DNA of 64,000 bases from positions 4,712,001 through 4,776,000 of the forward strand of contig CP075492.1 in NCBI GenBank assembly GCA_021613535.1, in the 5' to 3' direction. Both the position numbers and the translations under genes were made by a program. This stretch comes from Adineta vaga (Eukaryota > Animalia > Rotifera). Every line of letters starts with the position of its first letter. The stretch's first letter is position 1. A model generated the notes under the pieces. That model was given only the letters and a program-made list of their open reading frames with translations. It had not been told where the DNA came from and ran no database searches. This document shows, piece after piece, positions 26,303 through 38,200 of this stretch.

Positions 26303-26885
26303 TGATGATGACAGTTTTTTTTAAATAATAATGTTCTGCAATGAATGTAACATGTGATAGAAATGTATTATTAGCTCTTTACTGCTAATTACCGAAGCTA
26401 AAGAAACAAGAGAGGCTATTCATTTTTTTGAAAATAAAATTGTCATGAAGATGTCAAATAAACATATAGTAATTATTTTATATGACATCGAATGAAAGTT
26501 CAGAGAAAAGATGCATTGATAATTATAATAATATTCTTTACATAGAGTACAGGATCGAATATTGTTCTGTTTTTTTTTAAATAATTACTGAATTCTTTCT
26601 ATTCGGATTCTAATTGACATATGGTTTATTTAAACGAAGCATTCGTGCAAAAGTAATCAACATTTTCTGAATGTTCTGTTGTGAAAATTATCATTAATGT
26701 GTAAAATATTCCTTTGTAAAAGGACTTTAATTGAAAGTGTCTTTATTTTATTCAAACTACAAAGTGCAAGTATTCATTTAGCCTTTATGATTTAATGATT
26801 AGTCGTGCGGGTGTTTGTTGGGTAGAGAGTTTCATTGTAAGATGATTGAAAAGTGAATGTAATTGTCGAGTTTTTTGCCAATTAT

Positions 26886-27788
26886 TCAATGGAAGAGTAT
26901 GAGAGAGAGAGATTCTTGAATTGCCATTGTGAAATAGAATCGATCAAGATATGGAACATGTCGATGAAGAATATCAGCGAGTGAATCAATGTTAATATCA
27001 TTGACATCGGAAAGAGAGCCGAAAAGGGAAAAATGTTTTAAATTTGGTACGAGAGAAAGAAGTACATCAATAATTTGACCGTAAGAATATGTTGTACAAT
27101 CTAAACGAAGCTCGAAATATCGAAGAGATAGATGAGAAGCGAATTCACAGAATGATTTCGGTGGTCGAGCAAAATGACGAATAAATTCTAATTGTAATCG
27201 AATCAATGATGGACAACAATGAAGTATTTGTGGATAAACACGTGGCTCACTGATTCTCACATTTATAATACGCAATGATGAAACATTTGTCCACTGTTGT
27301 TTGTCTTTAAATGGAATTAAGTTCAAACAACAAGAACGAAGTGATGGATATGCATTTGTAAAGACAAAATGAGATGATGATACTGAATAACAGAAATATT
27401 GAACCGGTGGTTTACAGGTAGAAAATGATTGGAGAAGAGGAAGAAACTGTTGAATTGATTGGCATTGATCACGATTTGGTTCAGCGTATAATGAAAGCGA
27501 ACGAAGAGCTGAAAATGAAGATAAATCTAATGAATCGACATGTTTCACATTGAGTATCACGATACGAGAGGCAAAAAAACGAAAGGCTAAAGAATGCGTT
27601 TCTTCTTTGATTGTTATATCACCATAGAGATTACTTAATGTAGCAAGAATTGATGCGAATCGTTCATTAAGGTTGTAAAAACCATCGTAAAGATCTCGAA
27701 CGGATAAATAATCAAAAATATCATAAAATAATTCATCTGGTAAAGTTTCTAATGTAGAAACAAACGATGTTGTATTTTCATTCATCAC
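26886..27788 (-). CDS. F-box/LRR-like protein (C-terminus probably frameshifted)
   Basis: LETLPDELFYDIFDYL..DLYDGFYNLNERF followed by LRR-like repeats (PSLRSCCL, PSLIRLQL, PNLKHFSL). Confidence 0.8.
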   Translation of the reverse strand: MMNENTTSFVSTLETLPDELFYDIFDYLSVRDLYDGFYNLNERFASILATLSNLYGDITIKEETHSLAFRFFASRIVILNVKHVDSLDLSSFSALRSLSLYAEPNRDQCQSIQQFLPLLQSFSTCKPPVQYFCYSVSSSHFVFTNAYPSLRSCCLNLIPFKDKQQWTNVSSLRIINVRISEPRVYPQILHCCPSLIRLQLEFIRHFARPPKSFCEFASHLSLRYFELRLDCTTYSYGQIIDVLLSLVPNLKHFSLFGSLSDVNDINIDSLADILHRHVPYLDRFYFTMAIQESLSLILFH

Positions 27789-28787
27789 ACTTTTTCGAAA
27801 AAAAATAGAAAGGTATGTTTATATGTAACGACACCAATCATCTTCCGATTCTGTAAATAGTTACTTCATTCCGATATGTTGAAGAGTGACATCTCTAACA
27901 AAAGCAAAGCAATCAATGACATGCACTTGATATAAATAGCAAGGATGTGTTATAGCTTGAGAAAATTCGTTCAATATAAGAATCTGACATGTTATCAGTA
28001 AGTATAATCAGTATTTGAGATTAGTGTACTTTCTCATGCAACATAGATGATTGAATGAATAGAACTAATATCATTATTAATATGCTAATATTGCAGGTTA
28101 TACTCTATCTGTATACATTTCATTAAATAAAGTGTCTTTGACCATATATCTAACGACACAAAACAGGCTTCAAGTATTTGCTTAGACTCTCATTGATTCA
28201 TATCATAGATAGAAAATCTACTTTTTACTGGCCAGATTGAAGAGAATTAGTCATTCAAAAGAAGCCAGCCTCAGATAATTAGTATCTGATCAGACTTATC
28301 AATATGCACATATGTCATACTCAATTCAAAGTGTTTTGGTAGTTAGTCGAATATCAGGTTTGATTATTCGTCATAAGATACGACAAGTGTGGAATTAATT
28401 TAGATGTATCATAGTTTTGTCGAATTTATTTTCAACGTTTTAAAATAAAATAAAGAACTCGTAGAATTATAGTTTTGTGCATTCACATTGGCGATAGTCT
28501 TGGAGAATAAAATTAGGGAGAAATAAATGTCATTCAAATTTGTAACTTTACGTTGATCTATGAGTGTTTGAAAGAGATATCAGTTAATTGACAAGGCATG
28601 ATTTGCAAAATAAAATGATTTTTTCTTGAATGTTGCATTAAGAATATATAAAAAGAGCACATATATGTTTTGAACAACGGAGCTTCAGATGATTCTGGTT
28701 CATGAATTTCGTTTTTAAGGTCACAAATCAACGGAAGGAACGTATGTCAGATGATGAGTGAAGATACAGTTTCTATCAGAGCTCCGC

Positions 28788-28840
28788 GTGGGGTGGGATG
28801 GGATGAGATGGAATTATCCGATTCCACACTCACATCCTGA
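28788..28840. repeat. Short GGGAT-rich imperfect inverted repeat, possible non-autonomous element remnant
   Basis: GGGGTGGGATGGGATGAGATGGAAT-tatccg-ATTCCACACTCACATCC forms a GC-rich hairpin in an AT-rich intergenic tract. Confidence 0.35.
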
Positions 28841-30813
28841 TCTCTACCCGTACTGTACACCAATTATCTATTGAGAATTTCTTCTAATTGATCGCATCAG
28901 TATTATTGATCTTTACTGTCCGTAATTAGATTGAATTACTGCAAAAGTTCGAGGGAAGTAAGATAGGATACTTTTTTTTTCAAAATGAGATCGGCAGACT
29001 TTGAGTTGCAAAGTCGACGAATGAAACATGATCGAGACTAAAACAGTACACATTGTTCGAATCTAGAAGCTAAAAAATCAAAAGAAAATTTTCGAGAAAA
29101 AGATGAAAACTTTCCTATCAACTTAATAATATAATAATATGCTACTGAGCTACTTTTAGAAATCAAAGTGGAATGCGTAAAAGTATGCCAACATAATTAG
29201 AAAAGAGATAACAGATTGAAAATGATCTCAACAATGTTAATACATAGAGCGACATTGACAAACACTTAATGATAGTAAAAAAGAATACATATATGAGTTT
29301 ATATACGATACTGACGTTTTTATTTAATTTTATTGTTCGCATAGTTTGAAGATGACGAAGCTAAATAAATAGTGATAAATGTAAGAGGACTTCATTTATG
29401 ACATCAGCAATGACAAGTACGATACTAGGTGGAACTATATCTCGAATTATGGGTAATAGTGTAGAAGGACAATTGTATACAAGACATATTGTTAATCAAC
29501 GTGATCAAGATATTGGCATGATGATTGTTGAAGGTAGTGTCGATTCAGCAGTTACTCTGATTTAAACCGGCATATGTACAAATTAAAACTAATGGAGTTC
29601 AAGTCACCAGTAATATTCAACTTCAATCAAAAAAGAATACAGGTGGTATTCATTGTATCAACGGTTTCGAAATCAAAAAAGCATACCTTTCGACAGAAAC
29701 AGCTGATGTCGGACCATTATCGAAGGTTACTGAACAACATAAGAAAAAGTATCGTTTGTTTTGCTAGGAATTACTTACAACTACTAGACTATATGCACCT
29801 TGCTTCTATTCGCCAACGCTAACACGTCTCACGTCATATCTAAATGGAATTTGAATAGCGATTACTTTCGTGATACGATATCTTTAGCAGGACATACGTA
29901 TGGCTATCGCTTATGTCAAATCAATAGAAGTCGACTGTGTAATTTATTGGATGTTTATGAAAAATATGAACATTTAGGAAATGTTGAATATTGTAAAAAT
30001 CGAATCAAATACAATCAAATTTGTATTTCAAAAGTCAGCAGAAACGCAAGAAGTCGAACGATCTTCTTTCACTTTAGTACAATCGCGGCATAGATTTGGG
30101 TTTCCAAAAATGCTCTATTACGATTGGTTACTTGACTTAATATAGGCTTGTATTTCTAAATACGGTTTTTTCCAACATAATAAATGTTTATGACAAACGT
30201 CATATAACCTGTACAAAAATATGTGCATACTGTCTTCGTTTTTCACAACATGTTTTGAGTTATTTTTCTCTTCGCATTTCTACAGTTGAATAATATAGTC
30301 AATCAAGCTATGACACTTTCAATTAAACAGAAGTTTATTTATTCAATAATTAAATCACGATTGTGAGTCTTTTCTGTTACGATATTATATATAAAAGAAG
30401 TACATTGATCTCGAGAGATTAATTAAGCGGTTACTCGAGGAATTCGTATTGTTAAACTTGCTGGTGCAACTTGTCTTGTGAATCGATGTAGATGTAAGAA
30501 ATTGGTTAATTTGTTGCGTAGATCAGATAATGAAAAAAGATAAACAAATGATTCATTCTTATTTGAAAAAGGGACTACAGAAGAATAGATGAAGGTCTTT
30601 GCATCGTGAAAGAACAAAAAGTGATTTATTTTCTTACGACTATAGAATGCAAACATTGATAAGGTTTCTATCGATGTTGACTCATCGAGAAAAAAATAGC
30701 TTCACTGTCTTCCTACCACGTGTTTATATTTTATTTTGATTTTCTCTTTTCGTGTTGGCGTTTAACCTTTTTTAGACGAAAAAAAAGCATTGTAACATTT
30801 TCATTGATTCAAA

Positions 30814-32356
30814 ATGTCTGCAACACAACTTGATAATGAGCAAACGAATGCATCTCGAACTGGTCCATTTAGCTTCATTGCAAATACTTATATGCATAGT
30901 GATTCGATTAATGAAGCCAGTGCGTCGCTTACTCCAGTTGTTAATAATAATGGAAATTCTTCAACATGGGTCGAGTCATTAACTTGTTTAGATCGGCTAC
31001 TTTGCGGTAGTTTACTTCGGTTATGTTATCTTATTATTGATATTATTCTTCTTATTCTTGGTCTTTATTATGGCAAAACAACATGCATTTCCTCCAGTAA
31101 ACTTGTATCCATATCTATAACTATACTTGTTTTTGGTAGTCTTGAATTGGCTGCTATATTAATATATTTTATACGCAACTGGACTGTACGGCAAACGATA
31201 TGGTCCGGAGAGAGAGAACCTAATGGAATTCTATTACGAAATCTTTTACATTTTCTTCGATTTATATGTATTTGTATTGGTACAGGTTTTGTATTTTCGT
31301 CGAAAGCACCTCTTACTAACGATTGTGAAATTCTTCGTTTTTATCTTGGTATTGTATGTTTTGGTACATTTGCTGTATGGTTTATTCCACCATGCAAAGC
31401 ATTACTTCCTGTTCGACGATCATTGGTTTCCGAAATTATCATTCGTTTGGTCTTAAGTATTGGGACATGTTTCTATTTAGGTTTTGTCATATATGCTATG
31501 CTCAAAGTCAATAGCTCCGAATGTGTTTATAAAAGAATCGAAGATCTCTATTTTCATGCACCACTCAAATCATTTGCTTTTATTGGTCTTCTTCTAACCG
31601 GTTGTATTTTAGGCGATAGAGTTCTTGATGGAATTATCAATCAACTATTCTATCGTCTGCCGCGTGTACAAAAACTTATCCTTTATCTATCTGCTATTCG
31701 TTACATGATCGCTTATTTGATAACAATTTTTTGTGTCTATTATTTTTCTGTCGGAGCTGTTCTTCTTTTTCAACCTCGATCAGGTAGTTCCTGCCGTCAA
31801 ATCGCTCCTGGATTGTACAAGACTCTATTCGTATGGCAAATCATTTGTGTTTTCTGGCCAATCATCATTTGGCCACTAGCATGTCTTATTTGTTGTCTTG
31901 GCGTTGCAATTGGTACCTGCATTGCTCAGTGTTTACCAGCGTCGATTACTGTTCCAATTCTCGAAATGATTGAGGTATAGATTATTTTCAATATTTACCA
32001 TCTAAATATTTTTTATTCTTCTCAGCAAAGACTTCCTGCTGCTGCTGGCACAACATACGCAAATCCTCCAGCGTCACAAAATATGATCGACGCTTTACCA
32101 GATGTCATTTTTGGTCAAACTACCGATGAATTCGATCAAAAGGAATGGTTAGTAAAAGCATGTATAAAAATTTTGTGTGAATGATTTTTTTAAAATTTTT
32201 TCTAGTGTTATTTGTAGAATGGAATATGAACCAAACGAACAAGTGAAAAAATTACCATGTGGTCATCTTTTTCACGCAAATTGTGTTACCAGATGGCTTG
32301 TAAGGACTCGAGTATGTCCTACGTGTCGTCAACGCATTACATCTGATGATTTATAG
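30814..32356 (+). CDS. Multipass transmembrane RING-H2 E3 ubiquitin ligase, 3 exons
   Basis: A long hydrophobic exon 1 is spliced to PPASQNMIDALP...ECVICRMEYEPNEQVKKLPCGHLFHANCVTRWL...CPTCR. Confidence 0.88.
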
Positions 32357-32728
32357 AATATTTTCATCACTCTTCATATTTTTTATAAACACGATTTACA
32401 ATGATCATGACGAATAGTTCATATCATAACACACAGACTTTAACTTGATTTTTAGCACACTTTCATGTACGTTTATTAATGTCTAATCCCCATCACAGAA
32501 ATTTGTTTCAATATAGAGAATTCCATATGGAATAAAAACTTGTACATTGATAAATAATCAAAAATTTGTTGCAAAATATTTTCGGAGTGATTCACAGCTT
32601 GACCTATACATATTGTGTAAGTTGAATAACTAACATTTTCAAGAACTGTAATTCTTCACATTTCTTCATATAACAGAAAGTAGAATGAATTAATGTCAAA
32701 AGAACGTTTTATTATTTAATAATTATAA

Positions 32729-34307
32729 TCAAACAGTTGTTTTTTCTACAGAACAACTAATATAAACATATCGTACAATACGGACTGGTTTCTTTTGCTT
32801 TTTACATCGATTTTGTCGACGTTTAGTATCAGCTAGATTGATATTAAAACCATATTTTAATATATCCATTAGAATCACAAATAATGTAACAAAACTCATA
32901 GACATGATTGCAATACAGGCAAATGATCGAGAAATGATCTGGAAAACAGTTGTTCGACCTGAATAACTGCTGCCAAAGCATAGGCATGTATAACTAAGTC
33001 GTAATGGTTGATAAACACCATTATTATAGCATGTGATATTCTTACAATAATTTATTTTTGTTTGACAACGATAATCTTGCCAACCAGAGGCGCATGAACA
33101 TATAAATCTTGTATTTGATATTCGATTACACATACTGAGAGAGAAGAAATAATCTCTTCTGTTAACAACTGTTTAGTTTATAGATCTATACCATTAGTAA
33201 AGCAAGTATCTGATTGACACAGTTGACTCTCATACAGACAATTTGTTTTCATAGATTCAGATAAACATTGACATGTATAGCCAAGTAATGTACTATTATC
33301 ATTGGCACAGGTATCATTGTTTTGACAAGGTTGTAGAATATCACATGGGAAGTTCGATTGATTAAAGAATAAACCAATTTGTAGTGTTTTTGGACAGCTA
33401 GATATAAAGAAGAGACTTGATCATGATGGAATACTTGTCTGGATATTATGTGTAGATTTTGATACTACAAATATAACAGTTACTTTCAACAAATGGATGA
33501 ACAGTAAACACGCTTTGATATTACTTGAAACTATCGTTGATGTTATCAAGGTTTGGGAAGTTATTTTTCATCTTTTGAAAAGATGAATACATAAATTATC
33601 ATGAATAAGAAACTTACCATAGGATTTATTGATAAATCGAAATTTTTGAATTCGATGATTGTCAGTATTAGCAACGAAAAGATTGTCATAACTGTCAAAC
33701 CTGAGACGAAGTGAGCCTGCTAGTTGATTAGACCGTTATAGATCTCACAAATATACATGTATTCATTCGTATCAAGAATAATGTCAGAGGGATCATTCAG
33801 TGTAATTCTATATGATGTTCCATTACGAGCTACAGTTATCCATTCTTTGAGCTGCTATTGAGAGATGTCTTCATTACTTTATGCTTGTATTCAAACCATA
33901 CTAGAAATCCATTGTTCTCTTGGCATGTAATATAGAAAGTGTTGTCAGTTTTGATAAACAATCGCCAAGATTTACCACCTAATACCTGATTCGTTAGAAA
34001 ATTAGTAGCATTAGAATTCTATGTTGCACATGGACTGAATTTTAGGTGATTATAAGGTAGTTCTACAAAATAAAAGAATAAACTTATAATAACCATTTCA
34101 AAGTCGATTGTTATTATTTATGTCAAAACTTCACATATCTAATATTTTATTCTACGAATAAAGACAATTCTACGTCATTAAATTAATTCAATTTGAAGTT
34201 ACAGAGATAGAAAATAAACCGAAAATTGATTTATTACCTGTAATTTGTGATGAATCGATTATCAAAAGAAGAATTACGTATGATAGTTGATTATTTTTCA
34301 AATTCAT
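32729..34307 (-). pseudogene. Decayed NHL-like/EGF-repeat single-pass membrane protein
   Basis: Signal-like exon MNLKNNQLSYVILLLII, then NHLKFSPCAT*NSNA (W to stop), broken EGF repeats (PCQNNDTC, CSCASGWQDYRC, CYNNG), a TM segment and a basic tail. Many stops and frameshifts. Confidence 0.65.
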
Positions 34308-35259
34308 TTTTCTTCCCATCTTCTCAAATCGATTGATAGCAAATCAATGATGACAATGGAAAAAGTTAACTGATTCAACTCATTCAGAAGATATAAAAGG
34401 GATACGTTCGGATAATTCAAAATGAAATTTTATTTAGTAGAAAATGGCGTTTGCAATCATGCGAACAAAATCAACATTAGACGATGAAAAAAAAAACAAG
34501 AACTATTTTACGAGGTTTTTGTTGAGAGTGTGTCAATCATTCATAACTATCGGATCAGAAAATTTGGTTGATAGACCGTCATTTAATAAAAATTTCTAAT
34601 TATCAAGGAAAGGGATAGAGTAACATATAATATTTAGTACGTCAAAGCTTGAACCTTTTTTCGTTTCAACGATGTTTGCCATTTCAACAGTTTCTATACT
34701 ATGTTTTGCTATTTAGGTAAAAAAGTGGCAATTATAAAGTAATATTACCAAAACGAACATTCAATAGTTAGATGGATAAATAAATTGAATAGCGACATAT
34801 TCTTTTTAATTATGAATATTAAACTAGTATAGTCGAAAACAAATAGACGAGAAGAATCTAGTTAAGAACGGAGAAACTGTAAATCAGTGATTACATACTT
34901 ATTAGTTCTATGCTGAATGTACGATTATTTAACGGACTATATGGCCAAAGGAATAAAAATACATGTTTGCTTTATAATTCTATCTAATGATGTTGATCGA
35001 TATTTTGGTATATACAATCATATACCGAATACGTTTATTTCGATGAATATGAAAACTAGTTTGAATATGACTTTTTCATATCATAATAATCGAGAAACTT
35101 CAATCAAGAAAAAAAGGCAGAAGAATGCAATAATAATAAGCTGTTCGGTTATTGAAAAACTGATCGCATAACAATGTATATTTGAGACCCATAAACGTAT
35201 ATTAAATGAGAAACATATCGAAGTCAAAATTGTTATAATTTGTGTTTGGAGAAGAAGGA

Positions 35260-38200
35260 TTACCGTTGAACGATGAGATTTAGTCCAATTTTGACAGATT
35301 TTGTGAATTGTTCTTTGTAAAAGTCTGATGGCATCACAAATACAATGAAGATACTTACTGATGGCATAAACGATATGAAATAACCTGCAGCATACAGTTG
35401 AGAATTATGAGACATTTTTACACATCCTGATAAGAATGCAATGATAATACGAGGTGTTGAAAGAACAGTCAGAATGACAGAGCTGATAATAAGATGTTTG
35501 TGTTCCATCAACTGTTGCCATTGATGTTGTCTATATGAAATTCGTGATTGTAATACTGCTCGTTGTCTAGCGGTATAAATAATAATGAAAACAGCCGAAC
35601 AAAGATTAGCACAAAATGGGCCAAGAAGATGAAAAAGTGAAATAAATACATTGTATGTATGAAGCGAACGAGAATAGAGAAAGAGACACCACACCTGTTC
35701 TTCATATTTATCTTCAAATAAATTTCGATGAATAGGTTCATGAATAATGGATATCATAATCACAAATGGTAGGCAGAATATTATCCATTGTGCAATGCGT
35801 TTACTCACTAATTTGTTAAAACTAACTCCTGTTTTTACAGTCATTAGACGTTCTAGGGCTACACAAGCATTCAACCAGTTATCCATATATAGACAAACTT
35901 TTAGAATAAATTCTAACGATCGACATCCTCCATAAACAATAGAATTATTGGCAATTAAATTGATTTGAGTGAAAAGAAGAAACCAAAATTTTACTGTCAA
36001 CATGCTCACGGTGAGAAGTGAAGTGACAGATGATGCAAGAAGATATAAGCCACAACCAACTTCTCGAGATTTCTTCATACGAAATGTTAAGACAGCTAAA
36101 GCACTATTGATCAAGCCTATAAGGAACATAATTATTGTCAATAATGCACAACATTTTACTAAAATTGATTGATCAAATAAGTTTACATTTGGTTGAATAT
36201 CATAACGTAAGATATCATCTAATGTTAATCCAATACCTTTTGCATGAAATTGACAACGATCACCAAAATGACAATCACTACATTTGCAAAGTGTCGATAC
36301 TGGACATAAAGTACCATCGTTCAAACATCGTCCACCATTCTCACAATAAGTATTATGTCGACATACGGGAGAAGTAGCATTGAATTTCAAACAATTAGCA
36401 TCACGATCAATAGTACATAAACACATGTATGGTTCATCAAAGAAACATTGCAACGAAAGATGAGTTTGACATATCATATAATAATACTTCATTCGTCGAA
36501 TTTGATGTAAACTTGCTAATGAAGAATTTAAAACTTCATTAATCAATGGACATCGTTGAGAAGGATTGACCGATGTGGTGACATTATATCGATCAACTTG
36601 TTGAACAACTATCAGATAAATGTTTTCGTCAATATTAATAAATGCCATTCTAAAATGCATCATCGTGTATATAAGTATAGATTTTTGAAACATTTTTAGT
36701 TGTTGTGGTAGGACAGTCTGTTCCAATTGTTCGAAACGCATAAAATTATTAGAATGCCAGAGGATATAAATTAGGACAATAGATGATGAAATTCTTATAT
36801 TATGAAGAGATATCTCAAGTCTTGGTTTAGGAATTTGACACAACAAATCCATAAATCCTTCAGTACAATTGCACAAAAAACCCCTGTCATTAGGAACATC
36901 ATCGATCAAAACACAAGAAGCATTATTGTCACACAACTGATTGGGACATGAAAGTGGAAGTAAACATCGTGGGCCTCCTCGATGAACGCGACAAAGACAT
37001 ATCGATCGATTATGGATCATACCAATGCACATCGAATCAGATGAACAATCACTACAACGAATAGGAATATCACATCGAGCACCAGTCCAACCTGTATGAC
37101 ATCGACAAAATATCTTGACATCATTAATATATTTCATACATTCACCATTGTGACATGTTAAACTACAATGTTTAGGACGAAATGGTTGATCATTCGATAT
37201 AGCTAAGTTTATAGGCATTCGATTATTAGGTAAAAATGTAAAGGGAACTGGAAAATACCAACTAGTAAGATATTTTAAATTAGTTTTGTCATAAACATCA
37301 ACATGAATACTGTAGTTCATTGAGTTATTTTTTGGGCGTGATAAATAAGTGAGATATGCATTTTGAACACGTTTGCATCCTCGATTACTGATTGATATTA
37401 ATTCATGATAGGAATGGACTTCTTCATGATCACCATCTTCACCGATTAATGAGACAATAAGAGAATAGATACCTTTGCTATCAAAAACAGTTATTTTTGC
37501 TGTAAGACTAACGCGTTGATTTTGATATTGACAATGATCACCATAGTAAGGCGATGGACACAAACATCGATAGTTCGAAGAATTATTTCCAGGCCAGAGG
37601 CTAACATAAATACCATTATTACAACGCCATGGCCATGTACGATCATAAGGTTCAGTTGTGATCAATTTTTCAATACTATGCAAGTTTTGTGATTGTTGAG
37701 AAATATACTCAATTCTTCTTTGTCCAGAAGATGAAGGATATACTGGTAACGTTGCAAGTGAGAATTCTACCCCACCTAAATTACCTATAGGACAAAGAGT
37801 TTCAGTCACATCGGTACAATTGATATATTTGCATTTTGCACACGATTCTTGATAATCTCCACAAAATATCTCATCATCGTTGAACATACAATCTTTTCGT
37901 TTATCACAAAGATCTATAGATGTTATACATTGAGTATCATTCCAACACCGAAAACCATAATACTTGTTTTCATATCTAATATTTCGACGACAATAATGAA
38001 GTTCATCCGCTGATCCAAGACAATCGGGATTTCCATCATTAACCCGATGGGCTGACAAACATATCATTGTATAGTTCCATGGTGATACACAAGCAAGCGA
38101 TTTTAATGGACAAATCTGTCGTTTTGTTGTACAATTTGCTTCATCTTCTCCATTTGGACAACTCCAAAAACCATCACATCGTGTATACATATTATTACAT

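Noticed and set aside
34917-35171. 84-aa intergenic ORF
   Set aside because: AT-rich with no homology cues; likely a chance ORF.
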